A DNA stretch of 64,000 nt from an uncultured archaeon (GTDB taxonomy: Archaea > Altiarchaeota > Altiarchaeia > IMC4 > QMZM01), in NCBI GenBank assembly GCA_964549685.1, contig CAZJVE010000004.1:1-64000 (forward strand), written 5' to 3'. Below the pieces are notes generated by a model. That model ran no database searches. It worked only from the letters and a program-made list of their open reading frames with translations, and was not told the DNA's origin. How positions within the stretch are numbered: position 1 is the stretch's first letter; each line of letters begins with the position of its first letter. Both the position numbers and the translations under genes were made by a program. Positions 21,301 to 30,000 of the stretch are shown one piece after another.

Positions 21301-24300
21301 TCCACCGAGGAGAAGATTCTTGTCAGACCATCACCACAGATAACGCTGGACTATTACATCCCTCACAAAGTTGGAGCCAACAAAACCTTTAAGCTGGCAG
21401 TAAAGGCAACCAACGACGGCCATGGAACCGCAAGCAATTTTGCCATAGACTCCGCCCAGCCTCAAATCTACGACAACAAAGCAGAGCTGCTGATAGACTT
21501 TGAGATACTTGGCGATGAGTCACTAAAGGTGAGCTTCGGAGACATCCCTCCCGGCGAGAGCAGGATTACCTCATGGAGCATGAGCTCGTCCCTGAACGGA
21601 ACCTTTTCTGCCTTTACCGCTACTTACGCGCACGAGAATTCCTTTGGAGCCATGGAGACCTCCGTCATCAAGGATGTAAGGACTCACATAATCGAGCAGG
21701 AAATAAACACGAGCAAGGAGTATCTCGATTTCCTAATAGATTCTGATAACGACACCGTTCCCGACACACTGGTTGACCCGGTTAATGGAACTGCCACTAC
21801 TGTACTCTCTACAAACTACACTACTGTAGTTGAACTGCCATCCGGGGGCAGGGGGTTCACGATAGAGGTTAATGTAACAGACATCTTTAACTGGACCCTG
21901 ATTGTAGTAAACGATTCTTATCTGGGCGATGTACCAATAGACGAGATAGTGTACTGGAATGGCACGCAGGTCGAGTCCACAAACTACTGGCTTCTTAACA
22001 ACAAGATATACTTCGTGATTTACATAGTCAATAATACCCGATACAACATAACCTACGACGGCGCTGCCCCCCTACCAAAAGCAGAAATAGTAATAAACGA
22101 AATCATGTACGACCCGGACACCGATAAAACCGGGGAATTCATCGAGCTCTACAACTACGGCAATTATTCTGTGGATTTGAGCGGATGGGAGATATTCGAT
22201 GATTCCGGTTCTGATACTCTGGCAGGATTCAATGGCAGCTCCTCCATTGTTGCTCCAGGCGGCTACGTAGTTATTACAGACAATGACAGCAAAGTCAATG
22301 TATCTGATAACGCAACCCACCTAACGACAGGGGATACTACTGTCTGTCATCGCGGTCTGAAGAACTCGGGAGAGCTGCTAGTTCTCAAAGACAAATGGGG
22401 AGATATCAAAGACCAAATAGGCTATTCCTCACCTATGAAGAAGTGTGACGAGAATTTCTCCCTCGAGAGGATTAATCCGCTGGAGAATTCCTCTAACATA
22501 AGCAACTGGGACCAGAGCAATGTATCGGGAGGAACACCCGGAATGACAAACAGCATCTATGGAAGGGCAGCAATTACTACGACTACTACCAGTACCTCAA
22601 CCACTACAACAACTACAACATCCACTACAACTACATTGCTGCCGGCAAAGGCCCTGCAGTGTGGGGTCTACAATTCCTCCGAATGCACTGGTGGCAGAGG
22701 GAACCTAACCTGCATATTCTCACTATACAATGAAACCAACGCCCACGCCGGAAGCTGCGGCGAATACAGCAAGGCGGTCTGCTGCAACATCTCGAATGGA
22801 ACAGTAACCAGCACTGTAACGACAAGCAGTTGCCCTGCCGGGGATGGTAGGGTGATTTCCATGCATTCGACGACCAATTCTCATGTCGCAATTTACGGCG
22901 TTGATAATTACCAAAACAACGTATGTTTGGACATTGACATAGCAAACGTTACCTGTACCACAAACAACCTTAATTGTCCGTCAGGCTACTATGGCAAATT
23001 AGCCTCAATCTACAGACCAGGAAATGCCCATGTAGGGAACTTTTCGTACTACAACTTCAAGGTATGCTGCAATGCTACTGAGGTCTCAACCACAACTACA
23101 ACGACAACCACTACAATACCAACACTATCATCAGAAATTGTGATTAATGAGGTGATGTACGACCCAGGAGACGGCAACAAAGGAGAATTCGTCGAGCTAT
23201 ATAATGACGGAGATTATGCCGTAAACCTGGCGGGATGGAGAATCTCTGATTCAAGCTCGACTGATACTCTGGAAGGATTCAACGGAAGCTCGGCAGTAAT
23301 AGTGTCCAAGGGCTATGCAGTCATAACAGCTAATGATACATCAGCAACTCCGCTGGGGAGTTCAACCCACCTGAGCACTGGAGACAAGAGAATCGGAAAC
23401 GGCCTCAATAATGGTGGAGACATTGTTACTCTAATCAACACCTTGGGCAATGTCACGGACAGGATTAACTACTCACAGACGCCTTGGTGCGACGATAACC
23501 GCTCGCTGGAGAGGGTCAGTACCGATGAAGATTACTGGAATGAGAGTCTTGAAGATGGAGGAACCCCTGGATATGCTAACAGCGTTTCACAGGGCGGCCC
23601 ACGAGCAGTTCTTGATTATTACCTCCCATCAGAGGTGCTGGCCAACAAGGACTTCAAGATGGTGATAAAGGTCAACAACGAAGGCCAGGGAGCATTGAAA
23701 GACTTTGCCATAGCTTCTGCCCAGCCCAAGGTAAAAGGAAAATCCAAAGCCAACCTTAACTGCCAGGTATCCAATTCCTCCCTGGTGGGCAAGGGCAAGG
23801 GGAAATCCCTCATGATGAATTTCTCGGATATTCAACCAGGGAAGAGCAAGCTCGTCCACTGGACCATGAATACTGACGAGGACGGAAATTTCACAGAGTT
23901 CGAGGCCACCTTCCGCTATCAGAATCCTGCCGGGAAGGTGAAGAAACTTTCCACCGAGATAAGAATTCACTTATTGGAGAGGGAAATCTACACCAACAAG
24001 GAGGATTTTGACTTCCTTGTAGACTTCGATAATGACGGAATCCCCGACCAGATACTGGAATCCATCTACGGCAACACGACCAATGTCTCCAAGGTTAACT
24101 ATTCCATTCACACCCAACTTCCACCACAGGGGAAGGACTTTAGCATCGAGATTAACAAATCCGGCTGGATATACATCCCTGTTGAAGACCCCTACAACAA
24201 TACAGTATCCATAGAGAAGATAACCCTGGAGAACGGCACAGTTCTTCATTCACAAAATTACTGGCTGGATGATAATAAAATCTATATCCTAGATGACCCT

Positions 24301-25668
24301 TCGCAGACATACAATATAACCTACAACCTTTCTCAGGAAACCACAACGACAACTACAACAACGCCCCCAACAACCACGACCCCTGCACCGGAAACTACCA
24401 CTGTTCCAACATCAACTACCACGACTACTTCAACAACTACAACACTCCTGCCCGGCACTTATGGGGTAGTAATAAACGAAATCATGTACAATCCTAATCC
24501 ATGCAGCGATTCCTATTGCGAATGGATTGAAGTCTACAACCCAACGAGCCAGAGCATAGACCTGGGCGGCTGGTATCTCTGCGATGACAAATTGCTGGAG
24601 GGATATGTTGACTATCAGGACGGACTGGTCCATTCTGCCAACGGGATGTTAATTCCGTCTGATGGCCATGCCCTTATTACAGATGGTGGCTCTGGAACAC
24701 TTTTCTATGCCAATCTAAGCGTGAGTCCAAATCTTATAGCCCTGCACGTAAATGCAAGCAGCATGTGCGGAGGTCTTGATAACTCCGGAGAAGAGATTAC
24801 ACTCAGCAACGAAAGCATTACCATTGCTCTCTCATCCTCCTATTCAAAATCAGGACTGGGAGACTCGATAACCTACGACAGCTCATGGGGCGCGAACGGC
24901 AATGGCTATTCTCTGGAGAGGATAAATCCCTCTGCTGACCCGGCCGATGCAGCGAACTGGGGCCAGAGTCTTACGTTGGGTGGCTCCCCTGCTATCAAGA
25001 ACACGATATACTCGCCAGGGGCGAATGAATCCACAACGACCACCTTAACCTCCAGTTCCACAACAACCTCTACAAGCACGACATTGGTGACGACATCTAC
25101 GACTTCGACAACATCCACACTTACCACAACCAGCACATCTACCACCACACCCATCACAACCAGCACCACCTCTACTACATCCACGACCTCATCATCAACC
25201 AGTACAATAACATCAACAACGACCAGCACCACAAGCACAACGACATCTTCTTCAACCACAACCTCGACAACAATCCATGTAGATGATTTTGATTCTGCGA
25301 ATCCCTCCGCGAAAGAGGGCGAGATTATCTGCAAGCCGGACGGAAAGGAAAATTATAGAGAAACAGGAATTGATTGTGGCGGCCCCTGTGGACCATGTCC
25401 TGAGACGACTATTGCTACTGCATCTTTAATCACTACCATGCCCACAACGTCCGTTCCAACTACGACAACGTTATCGGCCACAGCACTACCAACTACAACA
25501 ACAATACCCTCTACCCCCGGAATCATCGGCAGCGTTATAGCGCTATCTCAGGACTGGGCCGGCGAGCTTTCAATCGTCGCGATACTCCTCCTCCTATCAG
25601 CAACAGGATATGCGATGAAGAAAGGCCGGGGCAAGAAAAAGGGACAGTATTCGCTCTCGATGGTCTGA
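12394..25668 (+). CDS. Giant (4424 aa) cell-surface protein: 2 NosD/parallel beta-helix blocks, CARDB, carboxypeptidase-regulatory-like Ig repeats, 3 lamin-tail domains, Thr-rich linkers, C-terminal TM anchor
   Basis: Signal peptide; GNYWS.Y and NTVNGKP NosD motifs; INE(I/V)MY.P...E(F/W)(I/V)E(L/V)YN three times; ETGIDCGGPCGPC; C-terminal TM followed by a basic tail. Confidence 0.9.
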   Translation: MVNTIGYRWVVLVLVLFLATGLASAKTLYVNASGGADFATIGSAITAANSSDEIIVYNGTYYEALTLNKQITLRGVDKPTIDSNSSSSTIKITSEGCVVEGFRLTGNGSNIGMEVGSDRNLIANNSIYGNNKGVSIEGPFLGWVWDRFEWDRPQSNVVINNNVSDNHDGLYLAQSYNGTFINNSLTNNTYNLAVRGSGLYDDYLYDYNQSIDTSNTVNGKPIYYLFKHSDEVIDSATNAGCVYVINSTNITVRDLNLKNNYYGILFENVRNSKAVNLTLKDNYKGIYLDESSESLAINNNISNHMWGIEVYESSNNNLIGNRIENSTYYSIDLRTDSLGNLVHHNNLINNTGNARDLTGSNKWDNGSAGNYWSNYTGTGSYPIPSNSEDRYPLTTEYSSDCTLSSLSVTILAPSSDFSITQKCPNSIKAMIRDNCGNLLIGAKVDALIANEDSTLTLYDDGSHGDDTSKDGIYANNWTPSSNGSYVINVTASGLALSDGEAQLSGLVKNFTGIIVNASATDDSGNCLWNSITEGIASADSGDVVLVYNGTYNGGITISKQVNLTGIDYPLINASGNAVVISANGAVVDGFRIAGSSNGVYIHDQSSNLIRNNLITKGGIYILGTATYVYGYCGNAAHDNQIINNSIQGKIFLYCTYLEDIINNSISGGYAGVNALEAYGTSIIDNVISNNGHGIFLQSSQFVELNNNTLLDNNYSLAILGRSSYDYTHEINASNTINGKPTLYLMSKDNITIDSANNSGFIGVINSSNITIRNLTISSSYQGILLAYSEYSDIENVTLMDNYYGVYLDNSSNGSINNNFIDNSTFGIRLHESDGNHIFGNEVRNSSSIYNTSIYLSSSSGNLVYHNNLINNSGPTGYDNYGSNVWDTGIEGNYWSDYAGNDSNGDGIGDWAYNISGSSVKDRYPLMQKYNMSCRRHGISITLLSPPSVTGDSNVSIITRAIDNCKNLVAGAAATAKIDGNPIPPLYEDVNHTYRRDIFNIIDGSHSLYTCVNDSSGVGNCSNTSFRVDLKTPSILNISYDKGTVTPYENINFTVNVSDVSEIESITLKGVNEFNFTLNGSIGYLIMNMSSLGYVNDGNHSLLVNATDIVGNFNTSNFTIRIRNPDLVVGNLSWNPQSPDDGEIVNFTIRIDNLGGIITSAFLTSLEINGSLAALETKYNLSANSSFSFDENWSAFPGNNTLKVKADYATQINESNETNNELQKILEVGYPDLEVVNITCTSVNVTEGDPVNITARIKNLGSSTRREFYCKILIDNSTILEESINGLNSNIIVNLSKGWNSTGIGQHIIKAIADSGNNVSESNESNSLSISIQINPNPLPDVLVRVMNASGSALEGALVALINTTNIFSNLTSENGSAFFKDIPVGNYRVQAYKSGYWQSSTSVDLEMGETEEVNLTLTSNSIIFGVVNDALTGDPIPNANITLSNILEYSTLTNSTGGYSLSDVKPSDYQIKAWARNYESNTTEVTASAAGVIQLDFSLIPFGEIHGEILNSTGKVSNTTVILYRGDSFSYFVNKSTGDFSFFNISSGNYSLEFSSTGYRTDTVGIELTPGQNLSRNITLKRKPFLKGTVKDNLDQTVSNATILISNENAVISSGKSDENGSYSIMLPLSGTFTVRASAQNHYSSTNTTTVDYDGEKSLNLTLRKHGIVTGYVLDSVSDLRIENANIYLDGSLKVTGNNYSISAEEGIHLLSASAPGHVSNYSWVNFTSGENISLNLSLSPAGNLSGNVTNWDGDPVANASLTLAMNGQIKSIATTNANGTYKFTGIIYGNYTLEASAYGHTPELANPRVFPHQEAKQNFSLRMAGIYPHIDIPYRIYSIGETITFNITATDPWDNVTNITDISISLKKGNQSVPIPAVRIDKGFTANYTIPSNATLGQWVLAINITALANLTQELEIFQFFSPFFIQLRSNSSYLQNSTAIIQSKVSRYSNLSRFLNDSEIDITLTVLNQSNHTVLFRALSFNETLITSDFILDNFSIGNYTVYIAVTDNEGNVMNASKTFMVIQNFSITVDTGREIYNRSETVTIFGNANLSNGTPMVNASVQLIIIHNKGFRRTVYSKTLSNGSFNYNFTPFSAEAGVYQVVASIYSATIKKQADANFTILGLLAPSANVEMSKNSVHDLSLPIKNVGNISLSGINITILNSSLEGTALSILNQSATTILPEKEITMGLKINSTLYANSTTFTFRISSTEGAVDYGRIHLNLYSATPAAKVDPSVLEVGLNPGNFTTYEINLSNIGHATMKDVRITDANNSWILASPSSLGDIESKKSKTFDIRIHAPQTQGIYEDEIKILSSNHEPITIYMAITVTTARNGSLSAHVMTEWGEDISGAYLRLQNQKVPTLIESCLTNSSGNCLFSGIPAGKYSYLASKDGYYSTYGTVEIEPGRSKALDITLSAKMMEVTLSMTPVKIGDRYYIYLNITYDTEIAPPYILPIPAIMDHYVDRNDVLTEGLQLNKSFTIYNPGLVSIHNISLMTELNSSGYSLTFPQGTIEKIEAEGSESIPYTLTIEKGTRVSNLTNNFAGKIKINGSFIHFKENTDITLRGKTSAEVHVKVYEAGIRELLVEPDPVSIITNENYSFFSVEPKGPEENFMPPISIKNAGSGEWVYVLSKGIGGAVKYDPAVAILDVLGIGEFIRRLMPGDNYAFYFLDATITEENQSAPVSISSTVQDLNLKDSSVLSQIAASYYTKLLDDPWVTLTQDETATMETEIWELDIPGEDDISDVISFNLPGVDLTQGIITFAYQWRFDENPSLHSIPLNIINLRFPVIQLPVSSGTTNTTTEEETNQTTWYVSYQNISNHTYTPPEVDESPEKPELDGIKPHPVENIHERVKLSISQEATLEMDAFDAKLDMENKLADKTITNVVSELKVFDGGGQEKTTNFHITEAELSNIDDINGSGSITQGSTATVHWTLIPKSDAGGISEDGTTYLVQAFITYKVEGTPFGINSTEEKILVRPSPQITLDYYIPHKVGANKTFKLAVKATNDGHGTASNFAIDSAQPQIYDNKAELLIDFEILGDESLKVSFGDIPPGESRITSWSMSSSLNGTFSAFTATYAHENSFGAMETSVIKDVRTHIIEQEINTSKEYLDFLIDSDNDTVPDTLVDPVNGTATTVLSTNYTTVVELPSGGRGFTIEVNVTDIFNWTLIVVNDSYLGDVPIDEIVYWNGTQVESTNYWLLNNKIYFVIYIVNNTRYNITYDGAAPLPKAEIVINEIMYDPDTDKTGEFIELYNYGNYSVDLSGWEIFDDSGSDTLAGFNGSSSIVAPGGYVVITDNDSKVNVSDNATHLTTGDTTVCHRGLKNSGELLVLKDKWGDIKDQIGYSSPMKKCDENFSLERINPLENSSNISNWDQSNVSGGTPGMTNSIYGRAAITTTTTSTSTTTTTTTSTTTTLLPAKALQCGVYNSSECTGGRGNLTCIFSLYNETNAHAGSCGEYSKAVCCNISNGTVTSTVTTSSCPAGDGRVISMHSTTNSHVAIYGVDNYQNNVCLDIDIANVTCTTNNLNCPSGYYGKLASIYRPGNAHVGNFSYYNFKVCCNATEVSTTTTTTTTTIPTLSSEIVINEVMYDPGDGNKGEFVELYNDGDYAVNLAGWRISDSSSTDTLEGFNGSSAVIVSKGYAVITANDTSATPLGSSTHLSTGDKRIGNGLNNGGDIVTLINTLGNVTDRINYSQTPWCDDNRSLERVSTDEDYWNESLEDGGTPGYANSVSQGGPRAVLDYYLPSEVLANKDFKMVIKVNNEGQGALKDFAIASAQPKVKGKSKANLNCQVSNSSLVGKGKGKSLMMNFSDIQPGKSKLVHWTMNTDEDGNFTEFEATFRYQNPAGKVKKLSTEIRIHLLEREIYTNKEDFDFLVDFDNDGIPDQILESIYGNTTNVSKVNYSIHTQLPPQGKDFSIEINKSGWIYIPVEDPYNNTVSIEKITLENGTVLHSQNYWLDDNKIYILDDPSQTYNITYNLSQETTTTTTTTPPTTTTPAPETTTVPTSTTTTTSTTTTLLPGTYGVVINEIMYNPNPCSDSYCEWIEVYNPTSQSIDLGGWYLCDDKLLEGYVDYQDGLVHSANGMLIPSDGHALITDGGSGTLFYANLSVSPNLIALHVNASSMCGGLDNSGEEITLSNESITIALSSSYSKSGLGDSITYDSSWGANGNGYSLERINPSADPADAANWGQSLTLGGSPAIKNTIYSPGANESTTTTLTSSSTTTSTSTTLVTTSTTSTTSTLTTTSTSTTTPITTSTTSTTSTTSSSTSTITSTTTSTTSTTTSSSTTTSTTIHVDDFDSANPSAKEGEIICKPDGKENYRETGIDCGGPCGPCPETTIATASLITTMPTTSVPTTTTLSATALPTTTTIPSTPGIIGSVIALSQDWAGELSIVAILLLLSATGYAMKKGRGKKKGQYSLSMV

Positions 25669-25685
25669 TAAACATTTATACAAGA

Positions 25686-26234
25686 ATGAGAAAAATAGTA
25701 TTTAGGATGGAGATGAGAGATTTTTTAATTGGTGGGTTTATTGTACTAATTTTATTCACAGGCTGTACTGATGGAGGAAACCCGCTCAGCACGGGCCCCA
25801 AAGAGGTCTCAGTGGACCTAAGCACTCCGGAAGGGGTGATTGAGGCTTATTGGAAGTATATTGATGTTGGGAAATATGATGAGGTGTATGATCTATTTTG
25901 TGATGATAGTTACTTCGATCAGATTAAAGGTGGTGGTGCTAGTAAAAACTATTACAGTAAGGAAAGTTTCATGGATCATATGGTAAGTGCTTACGGAGAA
26001 CAAGGCGAGAAATTAGATGCGAGTTCCCCAAAGATTACAGGGAAAAACTTACTAAGCAGCAGACGTGCTAGCATTTATGGGATAGGTACAGCGGCAGAGG
26101 AGGGCTACGGTATAGGTTGTGAAGCAGGTAAAGTATTGGCTAGTAGCCCCAGTGGACGGCGGGGTTGGGTAGATATCCGCGGTGGTGGAATAGTGGTCAA
26201 ACACAACGGTAGATGGTGCATCGCAAGCGAGTGA
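25686..26234 (+). CDS. Putative lipoprotein, possibly NTF2-like fold
   Basis: Lipobox-like ILFTGC; TPEGVIEAYWKYI...YDEVYDL helix pattern; AT-rich. Confidence 0.65.
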   Translation: MRKIVFRMEMRDFLIGGFIVLILFTGCTDGGNPLSTGPKEVSVDLSTPEGVIEAYWKYIDVGKYDEVYDLFCDDSYFDQIKGGGASKNYYSKESFMDHMVSAYGEQGEKLDASSPKITGKNLLSSRRASIYGIGTAAEEGYGIGCEAGKVLASSPSGRRGWVDIRGGGIVVKHNGRWCIASE

Positions 26235-26289
26235 TAATTCTAATGAATTCTCTTTCACAAGGATTTATTCTGGAAGACCAAATGATTAA

Positions 26290-26922
26290 TTGATGGAAAA
26301 ATTTCTCTTAGTTATCATTCTGGGTATCGTGCTCCTTTCAGGTTACTGGCTCTATTCGGGCCAGCAGGAAATGACTGGGACTCATACTTTAATATCATTA
26401 CCTAAAGAGATCGAAATCGTGCACCAGGGCTATAAAAGTAGATACGAGCACAAGGGAATCCCTATCGAATTTTCTGAAAATTCAATCAAATACAAAGAAA
26501 AGAAAGACATAGAAGATATCAAAGCGGCATTAACGCTGATCAAGGACAAATCACCTGAGGATTATCGAATGGTTGAAACATATGTAGATGAGATAACGAT
26601 TATTATTGTAGTAATGTATGGTGGCACAGGTGGACAATATACTAGGGGGACAAAGGATATTGATGTAATGCTGCAGATAATAAACCCTAAATGTGTCAAT
26701 TGCGATTTGACATCTGAGGATTACGAGAGGTTAGCAGGTGTAATCGTTCATGAGGCATGTCATTCTATGAGGTACAATACAGGCGTAGGGAGTGCCTTGG
26801 GGCTTGATGAAAATATTTCCCGTGAGGCCATTGAGGAAGAAGCTTGCATTGGAATGGGGAATGATTTCCTGGAAAGGATAAGGAGTGAGCACAGACAGGA
26901 GCCATATTCTGCTGAGGAGTGA
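26290..26922 (+). CDS. Membrane-anchored protein with HExxH (putative zinc metalloprotease)
   Basis: N-terminal TM; LAGVIVHEACH followed by EEEAC. Confidence 0.65.
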   Translation: MMEKFLLVIILGIVLLSGYWLYSGQQEMTGTHTLISLPKEIEIVHQGYKSRYEHKGIPIEFSENSIKYKEKKDIEDIKAALTLIKDKSPEDYRMVETYVDEITIIIVVMYGGTGGQYTRGTKDIDVMLQIINPKCVNCDLTSEDYERLAGVIVHEACHSMRYNTGVGSALGLDENISREAIEEEACIGMGNDFLERIRSEHRQEPYSAEE

Positions 26923-26945
26923 TTCGGTAGGATCGAATCCCCCGG

Positions 26946-26959
26946 AGTTAGGCACTACA
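26946..26959 (-). repeat. Inverted motif copy AGTTAGGCACTACA
   Basis: Exact reverse complement of TGTAGTGCCTAACT. Confidence 0.9.
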
Positions 26960-26966
26960 TCTTAGC

Positions 26967-26982
26967 AAAGTTAGGCACTACA
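26967..26982 (-). repeat. Inverted motif copy AAAGTTAGGCACTACA
   Basis: Exact reverse complement of 4830-4845; 23-bp period with the previous copy. Confidence 0.9.
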
Positions 26983-27025
26983 ATCAAGTTTAAATAACTC
27001 TAAACTAATCTATAACTGAACAAGG

Positions 27026-30000
27026 GTGGACCCCAGGATTTTATTTATGGGCTGCATGTTTTTTCTCATTCTAATCAGCTCTGCAGATGCAGCAATATAT
27101 AACTGCTCCAACTGTTCCAACTGCGAGTCAGCAATCTCAGATGCTTCGGCCGGGGACACGGTCAACCTTTTGGCTGATATAGCAAACCAGTCCTGGAACT
27201 GCATCGTCTGGGACAACAGCAACGTAACATTCGACTGCCAGCAGCACGGTATAGATGGTACTGACACCCTCTACGGAATTGTCATGGAGTACGACAAAGG
27301 AAACGTCATAAAAAACTGTGTGATTACTGACTTCATGATGGGGATATACCTCTATTATTCCGACAACAACCAGATTGGCGATAATACTATAGAGTCAAAC
27401 ACCGGCAATGGAATCAAGCTGAGTCATTCCGCTGGCAACCTGATATCCGGCAATACATTGAAATCAAACACGGAGGACGGGCTCTATGTCTTTGGTTCAG
27501 GGAGCCAGGACAACACCATTCTCAACAACCTCGCGAGCTCGAACAACTACAACGGAATCTACATCCGCGACTCCTCCAGCAATACCCTCACAAACAATAC
27601 TGCAAACTCCAACGACGACCACGGAATCCGCCTTCGCGAGTCCTTCAACAACACCCTCACAAGCAATACAGCAAACTCCAACACAATGGACGGAATCAGT
27701 TTGTATGATTCCTCCAACAACACCATTACAGGAAACACCGCAAACTCGAACAGCTATTATGGAATCTACATCGTCTATCCCTCGGGCAGCACGGTGAACT
27801 CGAACGAGGCGTGCTATAACGATGTAGATGATATCCACCTCTATAACAGCGAGGATAACTCAGGAGATGAGAACACCTGCGACACGACCTATGAGTGGAA
27901 CGATGAAGGAGCTACTGGATGCACCAATGCCTGCGGGGCTGCAACATCGACCAGCAGCACATCTACATCAACCTCGACAAGCACGACACCAAGCACGATA
28001 AATGTTACTACGTCTACATCCACATCGACCAGTACAATATCGACAACCAGCACTACCTCAACCTCGACAAGCACAAGCACAACAACCCTGCCCTTGGGGG
28101 AGACTACCTGCAGCAACTGCTCCGACTGCAGCAATAAACTGAACGGAAGCTACTCCACAGTCAGGCTTGATGCCGATATAACCGAACACAGCCACAACTG
28201 CATAGAATTCAATACAAATGGCACGGTGTTCGACTGCCAGGGCCATATCATTGATGGGAACTATACTTCCCTATCCGGCAGCGGAGTTTATATCTCAGAC
28301 AAGTCCTCCAACACAGTAAAGAACTGCATAATCACGGACTTCAACCGTGGAATCTACGTTTACTACTCGCCCAGCAATACTCTCATAAACAACTCCGTCT
28401 CGAGCAACATGTATGGCGTCCATCTCCACATGTCCAACTATAGCACTATCGACAGCAACACAGTGGAATCGAATCTGGATTTCGGCATTCTCCTGTCCTT
28501 TTCCAGCTACAGCTACATGGCGAATAACAGGTTTTGCTCACACGGAGTCCTGGATATATTCCTGGAATACGTTACAGGAAATTCCGGCGACGAGAACACC
28601 TGCGACAGCCCCGGAGGATGGAACGATACGGGAACAACCTACTGCACATATGGCTGCAGTGCAGTAACGACAACAACAACATCAACAACCTCCACAACCA
28701 CAATCCAGCCCCAGGTAATGCTGGCGAGAATTCTCCCTGATGAGGCCCTTCCGGGCGAGAATCTAACGGTCACACTTAGTCTGGACGTAAACGAATCGAA
28801 CACCCCGAACAGCATCGGTATAACTGAAACACCGCCGGCCGGCTGGGAGATATTGGAGACGTCAATAGACGGCAACCTTCAGTCAGCACCCGGCTCGATA
28901 GAGTGGCTTCTCTGGGACATGGGCACATCGGTGGAGGACATGAATATCACATACACCTTGCACGTGCCAGAGAATGCAAATGGAACCTATTACTTCAGTG
29001 GGGAGTTCATGTACTACCTGGGCGATACGCGCACGGATGACAACATATTCGGCGATGAGCTGATAATCGTCAATGGAACATCCGTCCTGAGGCCGCACCT
29101 TACGGTCTCAAGGGGCAACACAACAATAAACGAAAATTACATAGACCTCGAATTTATTGTAGAGAATGATGGCAATTCAACGGCAGAGAATATAAGCGTC
29201 TGGACCTGGCTTGCTGGGTTCATTCCTGCAAGGGAGACCACCTACAACTACAATTCCAGCAACTTCTCGTTGGAGAGCTATGGTTCTGCCGTAAAGCTCG
29301 TGCTGAACTCGCTGGGGTCTCAGACCTCCACCAGCATGCGCTTCACCGCAGTGCCTGTTCTTGCCGAGGATGATGTTGACTACGAGATTGATTCCACAGG
29401 CCATGTGGACGTAACCTACATTGACAGCGACGGGGTTGAATACTCCGAAACCTTCACGACATCTGCAAGCATCCAGGAGCAGGACGTCTACTCGGCAATC
29501 TCGGCCTCGGACTACCTTATAGTTACGAACCCTTCAAGGCTCTACTCCTACTACTCCAATGCCGATGTCCATAGCCTTCTCCTGGTAATGAGCAAACTGG
29601 CAAGGGAGGAGAACGGCGTTCTCGGCTTTGTTACGAACTATTCGGCAGAGTCCCTGGAGAGACTGATAGACAACGGATGGAACGGCAGGATGAATTCCCA
29701 GTGGAGGGACGACGGATTCCTGCTCCTTGTCGGAGAGACCGAGATAATCCCGTCCTGGGACATCAGCTTCGATTGCGAGGGCAGCCTCCCCCTATCCCTG
29801 ACGGCCACGAGCTCGGATAACGTCTATGCCGACATACTGGAGGGCGACTCCTATGCCCCCGAGCTGTATATCGGCAGAATCATAGGGAATTCCGCCAGCG
29901 ACCTGGAGAATTCCATCACGAACTCAATCGACGCCTCTCTGCAGAGGGACAATGCGCTGATTGCCAGTGGAAGCGGAAACGGGTGGGAGAGCTTCCTCAA

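Noticed and set aside
24906-25334. Val-rich antisense ORFs (also 27889-28134)
   Set aside because: Mirror translation of poly-Thr linkers on the + strand
4830-26982. Canonical integron attC array, suggested by GCCTAAC/GTTAGGC cores
   Set aside because: No RYYYAAC...GTTRRRY pair within ~55-145 bp forming an attC hairpin at any copy, and no integrase in the window
4825-26987. Intact autonomous transposon
   Set aside because: No transposase encoded, and flanks (TGCAG vs ATCAA) show no target-site duplication
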